IMG/VR virus record: IMGVR_UViG_3300044707_000932
Span: 35,073-99,072 of that record
Origin: a virus
Length of the DNA stretch: 64,000 bases
Reading direction: 5' to 3' (one strand)
Shown here piece after piece: positions 6,969-15,748 of this stretch (position 1 is the stretch's first letter; each line of letters begins with the position of its first letter). The notes under the pieces are model-generated. The model was given only the letters and a program-made list of their open reading frames with translations. It ran no database searches and was not told the DNA's origin. Made by a program: the position numbers and the translations under genes.

Positions 6969-7043
6969 TGGTAGTCCCGAGAGGAATCGAACCTCTATGT
7001 ACAGATTAGAAATCTGTCATTCTATCCGTTGAATTACGGGACC
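6969..7043 (-). tRNA. tRNA-Arg(TCT), CCA encoded
   Basis: Reverse complement GGTCCCG...ACAGA-TTTCTAA-TCTGT...AGAGG-TTCGATT-CCTCT-CGGGACT-A-CCA. Confidence 0.95.
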
Positions 7044-7049
7044 ATATTT

Positions 7050-7400
7050 TTACTTCCAGAACAATTGAATCAAAAGTATAACAAAACTTAGAGACAAACA
7101 AATTAAAGTTTTTGTTGTCATCGGTTCTTTCAATATTAGCCAAGCCATAATACTAAATACAATAACACCAATACTGAAACCAATAATACGATTTGGCCAA
7201 GTTTCTCCATTGTACAAGCTAACCATTTCTCGACTTGCTAAAATTACCATATACCCAACAGGGACACCAAGTAAAGTCATCAGAAATGGGTTGTTCTTAA
7301 TCCATTTACTCCAAAGATGACCTTGGAGTTGATAGAAGGTGAATGCCTGAGAAAAAAGATAAACCGTGAGAATAAAAATTATCGACCCTAATTTGTTCAT
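7050..7400 (-). CDS. 4-TM membrane protein (DMT/SMR-like)
   Basis: Four hydrophobic helices, LKEPMT..T motif; TATCTTTG at 7408-7415 (-). Confidence 0.7.
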   Translation of the reverse strand: MNKLGSIIFILTVYLFSQAFTFYQLQGHLWSKWIKNNPFLMTLLGVPVGYMVILASREMVSLYNGETWPNRIIGFSIGVIVFSIMAWLILKEPMTTKTLICLSLSFVILLIQLFWK

Positions 7401-7430
7401 AGTGTAACAAAGATAGTAAATTTTTGTTAC

Positions 7431-7456
7431 AAAAAAAACCCTCTTTTGGAGGGTTT
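7431..7456 (-). terminator. intrinsic terminator
   Basis: AAACCCTC/GAGGGTTT stem with A8 tract. Confidence 0.75.
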
Positions 7457-7460
7457 GAAT

Positions 7461-7676
7461 TTAACCATTCATTTCATTCAAAAAGTTATGGATAATTTCT
7501 TGTTTTTCGTCTTCGGTACCTTCTTCATCATCCCACATAATTGAATCGGGGTCAGCGGACCAATCGTCCCACTCATCCCAATTTCCAATAACTGTGAATT
7601 TTTTTCCATCTTCAGTTTCGCCAGGAAACCAAACAATTTTTGAAGTTACTTTCGGACTTTCGTAATCGATGAACAT
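7461..7676 (-). CDS. acidic hypothetical protein
   Basis: 71-aa ORF in operon context. Confidence 0.75.
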   Translation of the reverse strand: MFIDYESPKVTSKIVWFPGETEDGKKFTVIGNWDEWDDWSADPDSIMWDDEEGTEDEKQEIIHNFLNEMNG

Positions 7677-7686
7677 AATATTGATT

Positions 7687-8025
7687 TTAGAGTGTTCTTA
7701 AAATATAACCTAAAACAGCCGTTAATCCAACTAACATAGGAAAATTAGTTTTAGCCCCACCCATCAAAGAAAGATGTAAAGCAACCGCTCCACTCATGAA
7801 ACAGGCAATCAAAATCGCACCGTAAAGTGAGGTTACAGGAATCAACAAAAGAAGCGCTCCAAGTAATTCTCCAACACCTGTGTGAAGTCTATATTTTTCT
7901 AACTTCATGTAGGCAAAATTACCAACCATTTCTTCAGTCCCACGTAATTTATCTACAGCTCCTTTTAAAAGAAACAAAGAGGTCATAACTGATAAGACCC
8001 AACCAATAATTGTAATAATACTCAT
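7687..8025 (-). CDS. DoxX-family membrane protein
   Basis: LFLLKGAVDKL..GVGELLGALLLLIP.TSLYGAILIACFMSGAVALHL pattern. Confidence 0.85.
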   Translation of the reverse strand: MSIITIIGWVLSVMTSLFLLKGAVDKLRGTEEMVGNFAYMKLEKYRLHTGVGELLGALLLLIPVTSLYGAILIACFMSGAVALHLSLMGGAKTNFPMLVGLTAVLGYILRTL

Positions 8026-8074
8026 AATTTTAAATTTTAGATTAAAAATCTAAGTCAAATTATGGAAAGGTAAA

Positions 8075-8452
8075 TTATTGTTTTTTGTTGAAGGTTAACG
8101 AAATGTTACCGCCTTGTTCAAATTCGTTCCATGCTAAAAGAGTTTCACCACCATTTTGGGATTGAGTCCAAGATTTTCCATTTGCGACAGCAGTCATCTC
8201 GATTGTTTGGTCGTCATCTGCCATCCATCCTCTGTCGACATATACCCCCGCCTCAGGACCGAATGAACAGTTTCCCTGCATGTACCATACATTTGGAGTA
8301 ATCCAAAATAATAATGATTTGGTGTTATGGACTTCTTCTGAAGACCAAGAAGTTTGTGTATTTGAACCGATGGTTGTATTACCGGGTCCTACACCGTCAA
8401 TTGTTAAATTGTATTCGGTGTTATTAACGATTGTTACATTTGCTTGCCACAT
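8075..8452 (-). CDS. hypothetical beta-rich protein
   Basis: 125 aa; TATTTATA upstream. Confidence 0.75.
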   Translation of the reverse strand: MWQANVTIVNNTEYNLTIDGVGPGNTTIGSNTQTSWSSEEVHNTKSLLFWITPNVWYMQGNCSFGPEAGVYVDRGWMADDDQTIEMTAVANGKSWTQSQNGGETLLAWNEFEQGGNISLTFNKKQ

Positions 8453-8471
8453 AGTTTTTTCTATAAATATG

Positions 8472-8496
8472 AAACCCTCACGGTTAGATGAGGGTT
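8472..8496 (-). terminator. intrinsic terminator
   Basis: AACCCTCA/TGAGGGTT stem. Confidence 0.65.
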
Positions 8497-8500
8497 AAAT

Positions 8501-8641
8501 TCATTTATTTGACCATCCGTCTATTAAACCTTGTTTGATATCTTTCCAATCAATTATCAAGTAGGTAATAACTATAACACACAGGATTGTCCATTTGTGT
8601 TTAAGAACGAGTGTTTTAATATCTTTTAGTAATTCTTTCAT
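8501..8641 (-). CDS. small single-TM protein (46 aa, MKELLKDIK...DIKQGLIDGWSNK)
   Basis: Hand-translated; ATGA overlap with pspC; below the ORF-track cutoff. Confidence 0.65.
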   Translation of the reverse strand: MKELLKDIKTLVLKHKWTILCVIVITYLIIDWKDIKQGLIDGWSNK

Positions 8642-8841
8642 ATTTTTTGTCCTATAAGTGAGTTATCTTTAGGTATTACTAACCAAGCTAATAAATAAAA
8701 GAAAATAATTGGTACTGGTGCAAATATCAAAGCTAAAAATATCAATCTCCAAAGTGTAGAGTCTATATTTGTATACTCACCGAGTCCACCACAAATTCCT
8801 GCAATTTTTTTATCTATCTGACTTCTAAATAATTTTCTCAT
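8638..8841 (-). CDS. pspC: PspC-domain membrane protein
   Basis: KLFRSQIDKKIAGICGGLGEY.NID.TLWRL...YLLAWLVIP signature. Confidence 0.92.
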   Translation of the reverse strand: MRKLFRSQIDKKIAGICGGLGEYTNIDSTLWRLIFLALIFAPVPIIFFYLLAWLVIPKDNSLIGQKI

Positions 8842-8859
8842 ATTGTCTTTTTTTATGTT

Positions 8860-9468
8860 TTATTTTTTTTTCTTTAGTTCACTCAGTGCGTTTACAGGAA
8901 TAATTGTTCCTACAGGATATGAAGACCCCACAGGTGCCTGAGTTACAGATGTTTCACCTGGATGAGCTCGTAATGCTCTTCTCATCGGAAACGCTAATTC
9001 ATTAAGTGGACCAAAACATTCTGCAAGTGTTACACCATTAACCTTATTAGGTAATACAACACAAGGCATACACCACATATTACTCATTCCACCTTTAGGT
9101 CCTTTAGATATTACGAATGTTCTATTTACCGTTGGTAAATTTTCCCAAGTTGGTGCTTGAGGGACACTGTCATAATACCAAAAATAAGACCAAACAGTTT
9201 TATCTGTTCCATCAGGTGTAAGTGAAGGATTCGGAACCAAGATTTTGTTTGCTACTGAAGGACCATCCATAACAGGACAAATCGCAACACCCTCTAAGAA
9301 CTTTTTACCTTCCACAGTAATAGTTTTACCCGTTGCCTTAGCAGAAGAAGCCCCACAAAAAGCAAATTTTCCCTCAACAATTGTGAGTGCTTTCCCTCTA
9401 TGAAGTTTCTGAGTGAATGATGTTGTTCCTAATCCCAACATCGCAAGTAGTAATAGTAGTTTTTTCAT
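8860..9468 (-). CDS. secreted Cys-containing hypothetical protein
   Basis: Start moved to ATG 9468 (MKKLLLLLAMLGLG signal peptide); TATTTATA upstream. Confidence 0.75.
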   Translation of the reverse strand: MKKLLLLLAMLGLGTTSFTQKLHRGKALTIVEGKFAFCGASSAKATGKTITVEGKKFLEGVAICPVMDGPSVANKILVPNPSLTPDGTDKTVWSYFWYYDSVPQAPTWENLPTVNRTFVISKGPKGGMSNMWCMPCVVLPNKVNGVTLAECFGPLNELAFPMRRALRAHPGETSVTQAPVGSSYPVGTIIPVNALSELKKKK

Positions 9469-9489
9469 AATATATTTTATTATAAATAC

Positions 9490-9515
9490 AAAACCCCCAC
9501 CATAAGGTGAGGGTT
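9490..9515 (-). terminator. intrinsic terminator after TonB-dependent receptor
   Basis: On - strand AACCCTCACC-ttat-GGTGGGGGTT followed by T-rich tract. Confidence 0.75.
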
Positions 9516-9536
9516 CTATAAAACTGCGGAATGAAA

Positions 9537-12500
9537 TTAGTTTCCGAATGTGTATCTTAAACCTAACTGAGCTTGCCATACGTCAAACACAGAAGAGTTC
9601 CACTGATAAGTGTCCTTGATAAGTGAAGTTGAACCGTCGTAGTTTCTCTGTGTAGATAATCTATAAACAGGTTCACCTGCTGTGTTGATTGATGAATAGC
9701 TAAGAATAGCTGGGTTTGTTGCTCTTTGAGAAACACCCCAATCATTATTCAACATGTTTCCGAAGTTGAGGATATCTAAACGAATTTGGAAATTGTTGTT
9801 GATACCTTTTACTTTTACTACGAAATCTTGTTGAACTGAAAGGTCAAATCTGTGAAGAACAGGGATTGTAGAAGCGTTTCTCTCAGCGTATTGTCCTCTT
9901 CTTGTAGAGAGGTATTTGTCTTGAGCGATGTAAGCTTCAAAAGCTGCTTGTTGTTCAGCTTCTGTGAATGTGTAACTTCCAAGAGTACCATTTGGTAATC
10001 TTACTCCTGATGCTGTGAAAGATGCAAATTTGATGTCAGAACCTTTTTGAGGAACGAAAATCATTTCGTTGTTGTTTACTCTATCACCGTTAAGGTCACC
10101 AGCTACGAAATAACCGAAAGGATTACCTTGTTGTCCTACATAACCCAAAGTGATTGTTGTAGCACCAGCACCTTTTTTCGCACCGTTTTCAATCTTGTAA
10201 CCGAGAAGTCCAACAAATCTGTTTGGAATCCAGTTATCAGAGAATGAAAGAGGTAAGTCATTATTTCCGTTAATTGACCTAGCACTCTGCCAAGAACCTG
10301 ATGCGATTGAACCCGCACTCATGTAATCTTTAGCCATAGAGGTTGTCCAAGCCATAGAACCCCAAAGACCCTTTTGTGCTGGGTATTTAAGTTCAAAAGT
10401 TGCTGAACGGAAGTTAGCACCATTTCTGTTTGTTAATACAGCAGCCATAGATACGTTGTCATTTACTCTGACACCAGCATCGTTTCTTGCGAAGAGAGCT
10501 CTTTTGTCAGGACCTTGTAAAGTTCCAACAGAAACGTCAAGGTTTGCGTTGTAATAATGAACAGCATTTAAGAATCTATTGTAAAGTAATTCAATAGTTC
10601 CGATAAAACCGAAAGGTAATTTTTGGTCTACAGCCAAGTTAGATTTCCATACTTGAGGGAATCTATAATTTGGGTCTGTAAATGCTAAGTCAAAAGTAGA
10701 AGGAAGTGTTGGTGTTGAAGGGATAAAGTATTGATTTGGATTTGCAGTGAAACCGTAGTTCGCCGCTGCCGCACCTGATACATCAATAAATCCTGTCAAT
10801 ACACCGTTGTTTCCTACTTGGTTTGATACAAACACATAAGGAGGTCTACCTGTGAAAATACCTGTACCACCTCTTACTTGTGTTTTGCTCTGACCTTTGT
10901 GGTTGTAGTTAAAACCAAATCTTGGTTCCCACAAAAGTTGTGTCTTTGGAAGAACTCCTGTGTTGAATTTTTCACCACCAGCGAAAGTCATAGCAGTTAC
11001 TGCTGTGTTTTCAATTGCGGTATTTTCGAATCCAATTACAGCAACTCTAAGACCACCTGTGAGCTTCAAATTTGGAGTATACTGATATTCATCTTGAACG
11101 TAAAGGTCAAGACGTGAAGTCTTCAACACCTGCATGGGTTCGATACCACCAGGAAGAGCTGAATATCTCAACTGAAATCTTGCTGGTGCGAGTGTAGAAG
11201 GTCTACCACCATTCGCTAAAGATTGATTAGCCGCTGTGTAGAAATCCGCAATCGAGTTGAAGATATACACACCGTTTGAAGCGGGGTAGAATAAGTTGTT
11301 AGAACGATATTTTTCAAAATTAACACCAGCAACCACGGTGTGCTTGTCCATAAATTTGGTCAAGTTGTTTGTGATGTGGAAAGTGTTATAGTCCAACTTG
11401 TTTCCTGGTGTGAATGGGTCGAAACCTACTGATGTGTAAGTCGCATTACCATTCATAATGTCAATAGTTGGAAACATTTGTGAAAGATATGCTCTGTTCT
11501 CAATTTGTTTGTCATAACCAACAATTAAGTTGTTATGTAATGTGTTAGAAAACTTACTATTCAATTCAAATACACTTGAACGAGTGTTGTCCATAATGAT
11601 GTATCCACTGTTCTTAAATGACATTGCGTTGAATTGAGTGGTTCTGTTTCCAGCACCTGCTGACTGAGAGTTTGAGATGTTGATTTCTGCGTCAGAGTTG
11701 TGCCAAACATAACGAGCAGTTAACTTGTGTTTGTCGTTAATGTTCCAGTCAGCTCTTACGAGAAATTTCTCAGATTTGTTAGCATTGTTGTACCCTTCCC
11801 AAGGACCCGTCTCATAATTAAAATTTGTTCTCATGTAATCAGAAAGTGTCTTCATATCAGAGTATGTAACTCTTGATACTTGGGACCCTGTGAGAGGAGA
11901 ACCTGTTGAAATCCAAGTTGTGCCTGGTTCAGTTCTCTCCAAAGTTTCGTAGTTTCCGAAGATGAACAATTTGTTCTTAATAATCGGAGCACCAAGTCTG
12001 AAACCTCTCATAGTTTCTTCGAACTTCGAAGCAGTTACGGTAGTTCCTTTTGCGTTGTTTCCAACATAACGAACGTTGTCTCTGCTTGACTGATAATAAG
12101 AACCATCAATTTTGTTTGTACCACTTCTTGTGACTGCGTTGATACCAGCACCAACGAAACCACTTTGACGAATGTCAAACGGTGCTACGTTGATTTGAAG
12201 TTGGTCAATCGCATCTAAAGAAATAGCGGTGGAACCTGTTCTACCACCAGCTTGTGCTGAAGAACCAAGACCAAAACCGTTGTTGAATTGGGAACCGTCG
12301 ATAGTGAAATTATTTAATCTACTATCAGCAGCACCAAACGAACGACCATCACCCATAGGATTGTACTTGGTGATTCCGTCAATAGTTCTAGCACCTGTGA
12401 TGGGAACTGAAGTAAGTTCTCTTCTACCAAACTGTTGAGACGCGCCAGTTCTATCCTTACTGAATGTGTTGTTTCTGTTTAAACCGACAACTACTTCAGA

Positions 12501-12842
12501 CAAGGTCTTAACATCAGAAATCAACACGATTTCCAAGGTAGTTGTAATACCGAGGTTTGTGTTGATGTCAGTGAGTTCTTGTTTTTTGTAGCCAACGTTA
12601 GAAACACTAATCACATAAGGACCACCTGGACGCACAGCAGGAATGGTAAATGTACCAACTTTGTTTGTAGTTGAGCGATATACCGAACCTGTAGGTTGGT
12701 GAATTGCTTCAACTGACGCCCCCACTAGAGCATCTCCTTTTTCATTTTTCACAACACCAGACAGGGCAGAAGTTGTAATTTGCCCGAAAGATGCGAGAGT
12801 CACGAACAAGGATAAAAGTGACATCATGATTTGCTTTTTCAT
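9537..12842 (-). CDS. TonB-dependent outer-membrane receptor, Oar-like, with N-terminal carboxypeptidase-regulatory-like domain
   Basis: Signal peptide, NNFTIDG..NNGFG and ISLDAI..PFDIRQSGF.GAGINAVTRSGTN plug motifs, PRFGFNY, terminal LGLRYTF beta-signal. Confidence 0.93.
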   Translation of the reverse strand: MKKQIMMSLLSLFVTLASFGQITTSALSGVVKNEKGDALVGASVEAIHQPTGSVYRSTTNKVGTFTIPAVRPGGPYVISVSNVGYKKQELTDINTNLGITTTLEIVLISDVKTLSEVVVGLNRNNTFSKDRTGASQQFGRRELTSVPITGARTIDGITKYNPMGDGRSFGAADSRLNNFTIDGSQFNNGFGLGSSAQAGGRTGSTAISLDAIDQLQINVAPFDIRQSGFVGAGINAVTRSGTNKIDGSYYQSSRDNVRYVGNNAKGTTVTASKFEETMRGFRLGAPIIKNKLFIFGNYETLERTEPGTTWISTGSPLTGSQVSRVTYSDMKTLSDYMRTNFNYETGPWEGYNNANKSEKFLVRADWNINDKHKLTARYVWHNSDAEINISNSQSAGAGNRTTQFNAMSFKNSGYIIMDNTRSSVFELNSKFSNTLHNNLIVGYDKQIENRAYLSQMFPTIDIMNGNATYTSVGFDPFTPGNKLDYNTFHITNNLTKFMDKHTVVAGVNFEKYRSNNLFYPASNGVYIFNSIADFYTAANQSLANGGRPSTLAPARFQLRYSALPGGIEPMQVLKTSRLDLYVQDEYQYTPNLKLTGGLRVAVIGFENTAIENTAVTAMTFAGGEKFNTGVLPKTQLLWEPRFGFNYNHKGQSKTQVRGGTGIFTGRPPYVFVSNQVGNNGVLTGFIDVSGAAAANYGFTANPNQYFIPSTPTLPSTFDLAFTDPNYRFPQVWKSNLAVDQKLPFGFIGTIELLYNRFLNAVHYYNANLDVSVGTLQGPDKRALFARNDAGVRVNDNVSMAAVLTNRNGANFRSATFELKYPAQKGLWGSMAWTTSMAKDYMSAGSIASGSWQSARSINGNNDLPLSFSDNWIPNRFVGLLGYKIENGAKKGAGATTITLGYVGQQGNPFGYFVAGDLNGDRVNNNEMIFVPQKGSDIKFASFTASGVRLPNGTLGSYTFTEAEQQAAFEAYIAQDKYLSTRRGQYAERNASTIPVLHRFDLSVQQDFVVKVKGINNNFQIRLDILNFGNMLNNDWGVSQRATNPAILSYSSINTAGEPVYRLSTQRNYDGSTSLIKDTYQWNSSVFDVWQAQLGLRYTFGN

Positions 12843-13018
12843 GTTTGTTTGTTTATTGGTTTATAAATAAAAAATCCCGAAGACAATGAGCCAACGGGAT
12901 TTATATATTTTCAAGCTTCGAATAATGAATGTACAGTCGATAACAACTCATAAATTAACTCTCCAACTTTCATAAGTAGCTTCGAAAGTACCAAAAATCC
13001 CATCGACCAACAAAGTTA
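12843..13018 (-). promoter_or_regulatory. attenuator-like 5' leader of the TonB-dependent receptor
   Basis: TAACTTTG promoter at 13011-13018; 30-codon uORF 13003-12911; AAATCCCG/CGGGATTT hairpin with T-tract just before the start. Confidence 0.5.
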
Positions 13019-13048
13019 ATGATTTCTTAAATCAAAATCAATAGGCAT

Positions 13049-13075
13049 AAAAAAACCCTCACTTTCGTGAGGGTT
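13049..13075 (-). terminator. intrinsic terminator
   Basis: AACCCTCAC/GTGAGGGTT stem with A-tract. Confidence 0.8.
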
Positions 13076-13083
13076 CTTCTTGT

Positions 13084-13191
13084 TTATTTTTTTAACTTAC
13101 CAAGAAGTTTTGTTATGTGTGGTACTGCCACAACACCGACAACGACACCTAATAAAAAGTGCCAATGCCATAAAAATTCAATTGTTTCCAT
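13084..13191 (-). CDS. small single-TM protein (35 aa, METIEFLWHWHFLLGVVVGVVAVPH...)
   Basis: Hand-translated; lies between the beta-barrel gene and a terminator. Confidence 0.6.
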   Translation of the reverse strand: METIEFLWHWHFLLGVVVGVVAVPHITKLLGKLKK

Positions 13192-13216
13192 ATGAATTTC
13201 ATTTTCTGTTTAAGAT

Positions 13217-13669
13217 TTAAAGATGGTATAAAACACCAATCGTTGCTGAGTTAGTGTGTTTTCCGTCTTTAAGAGTTCTTAGAATTGATTGTTCTAAGCA
13301 CCATTTTTTGTTTATCCTGTAACCAACGACAGGGACATAAGTGAATTGTCCTTTCTGACCGTTGAAAAAGGTAACACCTCCGTCTAGCCCTACAGCTAAA
13401 CCTTTTTTCAGGTGCTTACGAACTCCGACAAGTACCGGCATTTGTACGTTGCCAGCTTTGTTTTGTCTGAACCCTGCGTTGAAAACGAAGTTATTCTTTT
13501 GGAATCTTACGTTTTGTCCCCAAGATTTTGAGTTCCAATCAACATTCTTTGTTAAGGGTGCTGATAAAGTCGGTCCCACGGCGATATCCCATCCACCTTT
13601 CTTGTGGTCTTGTCCGAACATTGATAGCGAACATACTGTAACAAAGAAAAACAAAAACATTTTTTTCAT
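13217..13669 (-). CDS. small outer-membrane beta-barrel protein
   Basis: Signal peptide, alternating amphipathic strands, terminal IGVLYHL. Confidence 0.7.
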   Translation of the reverse strand: MKKMFLFFFVTVCSLSMFGQDHKKGGWDIAVGPTLSAPLTKNVDWNSKSWGQNVRFQKNNFVFNAGFRQNKAGNVQMPVLVGVRKHLKKGLAVGLDGGVTFFNGQKGQFTYVPVVGYRINKKWCLEQSILRTLKDGKHTNSATIGVLYHL

Positions 13670-13809
13670 GCTTGTTTATTTTATGATTTATAAATAAAAA
13701 TCCCACACACTAATTCTTTCGAAAAGGCGGATGGGATTGATATTTCTGTATTATAAATATTTACTTTTCCGGTAAATGACCGAATAGGAGAGATTCTGTT
13801 ATTTGTAAA

Positions 13810-14199
13810 CTATATTTCAGATTTTTCTTTTTGAAGATAATCGCATTCAAAATTCACACAAGTTTCGGGTCTAATTTCATAAACTGAACATGCTTTTACA
13901 GTGGTATTGTAAAAAATACAAGGGAGAGCTGGTTGAAAAAAACTAACTCTCAACGCCGGATAAGATTCGGGGTTTTGCCAACTTTTATTGTTTGGAAAAA
14001 GTTTTTTTCCCTCTTCGTAATCGATAAAAACTTCTTTCCATAAAATTTCTCTATCAAACTTTTTGGAAAGTCTGTCAAGAAATTCATTTGGGTCTGTGTG
14101 GGGTCCTATAATAAAATCACGGTCAGAAAGGGTACAACACCCCCCGTGATTTCCTGGAAAACCCAAGCAATTGTTCGAACAAATTTCACATGACTTCAT
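13810..14199 (-). CDS. YkgJ-family CxxCxxCC cysteine-cluster protein
   Basis: CEIC..C..GGCC and PCIFY..CSVYEIRPETCVNFEC. Confidence 0.85.
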   Translation of the reverse strand: MKSCEICSNNCLGFPGNHGGCCTLSDRDFIIGPHTDPNEFLDRLSKKFDREILWKEVFIDYEEGKKLFPNNKSWQNPESYPALRVSFFQPALPCIFYNTTVKACSVYEIRPETCVNFECDYLQKEKSEI

Positions 14200-14209
14200 A
14201 ATAAAAAAA

Positions 14210-14604
14210 TGGTGGACTCGAGCGGAGTCGAACCGCTGTCTTGTTCGCGATAACTATAAGTGCCTACACGTTTATTACAACATTGTTTCTCAATGTTCCG
14301 AAATATTAGGTTTGATATTTGTGAGAAACCCACCTACAAACAACTTGGTCTCAGAATTATTTTAAACGAGCTCTGACCTGTCACCCGTATATCGGACTTC
14401 TGTTCCTGGGTTTAATGTCCTAACCGACCCGATTTAGTTACTACTAAATCAAGCAGCAACTACAGCTTCCTCAGCGATAAGACCAAGAGCAGCCATTTTA
14501 GCAAAAGTATTGCCAGTTATGTTTCAAATCAGTTTTTAAGGAGTTAATTCAGCTCCTACGTGCCACCTATAACTACACACGCCAATCAATGCCGTGACGA
14601 GCCC
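14210..14604 (-). ncRNA. ssrA: tmRNA
   Basis: 5' GGGCTCG pairs with 3' CGAGTCC-A-CCA (G3.U70), GAC-AGCGG-TTCGACT-CCGCT T arm, resume context ATAACT-GGC, tag GNTFAKMAALGLIAEEAVVAA* at 14514-14449. Confidence 0.95.
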
Positions 14605-14623
14605 ATATTTTCAAAGAACAATA

Positions 14624-14654
14624 CAAATATAGTATAAATAACTTTAAAATCAAA
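14624..14654 (-). promoter_or_regulatory. tmRNA promoters: Bacteroidota -33/-7 plus overlapping late-type motif
   Basis: TTTG(14654-14651)-19 nt-TATATTTG(14631-14624); TATTTATA at 14640-14633. Confidence 0.65.
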
Positions 14655-14672
14655 AAAACATATTTATATACA

Positions 14673-15728
14673 ATGGCATATAAAAGCAATTTCCTTCAAT
14701 CGTTGACTGATTTTCTTAAGGGTAAAATATCAGGGAGAGAATTTTCACATTCCGAACCCACTTTGTATGGGGTGGATGAAAAAACACCCATTGGTGATAG
14801 TATTCTACAGTTTGACCTTAACCACGAAGATGAAGAATATTTTTTGAAGGCAATAGGGTTGAATGAGGATGATGTATATATGATAAATCGTATTTTTGGT
14901 TATTATGGTAGTTACGATTATCACGACCCAGGTTCAATCAGAGAAGATTTTGAAAATGGTTATTTTTTCCAATATTATTTAGATGAGGATAATATAAAAC
15001 AATTAAAGAAGATTGCTGAGTACGTTTATCCCAAGGAAGAGTTTGATTTGAGTGATGTGGGATACATGTCAAGATTAGGTCAAACTTTAGAGGTTCTTTT
15101 CCCGAAAGAAATTGACAGTTTGGTTGATGATGTTACTTCAGAAAAAAATGAAGCCTTGGGTGCTAGTCTTAAAGATAAAATCAATAATGAATTAGATAGT
15201 TTTTTCAAAAATTATAGGATTGATGTTACATCAAAATGGGATAAATTCAGAATCAAAGCGAAAGACTTATTAAAAATGTACTATATTGTCGGAAGCGATG
15301 AATTTTCACCACTTAAAGTTTTCAAAAAATATTTCGATGGTAGTGATTGGGGACTGGGTGGTTGGAGTGATGACGTATACAATTATGAGGATGATTCATA
15401 TATGGATTGGGACTCCCTCCATCGGGACTTTTCAAGAGAGTTCGATAGAATTTTGGAAAAAATTGAAGAGGATGACGGTAAATTCAAAAAACTTTTGGAA
15501 ATAAGGAATAGAATATTTTCTAAACACTCTCAAAATGTTTGGTATAACTTACCAAAAAGTCCCAAATATTTGTTCATTGTTCGTGGGGTAAATCCAGAGA
15601 CTTTCAAAGTCATCGTTGGATTGAAAGAAAGTAAAGGGAGAAGTGCTATCAAGAAAATTGAACTGTCGGAAGAAAACTACTACCACTTACTTTATCAACC
15701 TTCATTATTTAATTTTGAAGAATTGTAA
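14673..15728 (+). CDS. hypothetical protein
   Basis: 351-aa acidic ORF; TATTTATA at 14661. Confidence 0.85.
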   Translation: MAYKSNFLQSLTDFLKGKISGREFSHSEPTLYGVDEKTPIGDSILQFDLNHEDEEYFLKAIGLNEDDVYMINRIFGYYGSYDYHDPGSIREDFENGYFFQYYLDEDNIKQLKKIAEYVYPKEEFDLSDVGYMSRLGQTLEVLFPKEIDSLVDDVTSEKNEALGASLKDKINNELDSFFKNYRIDVTSKWDKFRIKAKDLLKMYYIVGSDEFSPLKVFKKYFDGSDWGLGGWSDDVYNYEDDSYMDWDSLHRDFSREFDRILEKIEEDDGKFKKLLEIRNRIFSKHSQNVWYNLPKSPKYLFIVRGVNPETFKVIVGLKESKGRSAIKKIELSEENYYHLLYQPSLFNFEEL

Positions 15729-15744
15729 ATTTTTCCTATCTTTG
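15714..15744 (+). promoter_or_regulatory. Bacteroidota -33/-7 promoter, near-leaderless
   Basis: TTTG-19 nt-TATCTTTG, 4 nt before ATG 15749. Confidence 0.7.
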
Positions 15745-15748
15745 TATA

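Noticed and set aside
7050-13669. Host chromosome or prophage boundary
   Set aside because: Genes carry the same TATTTATA motif and terminator style as the phage core; no integrase or att site seen
14171-14365. 64-aa plus-strand ORF
   Set aside because: Antisense to the tmRNA 3' end
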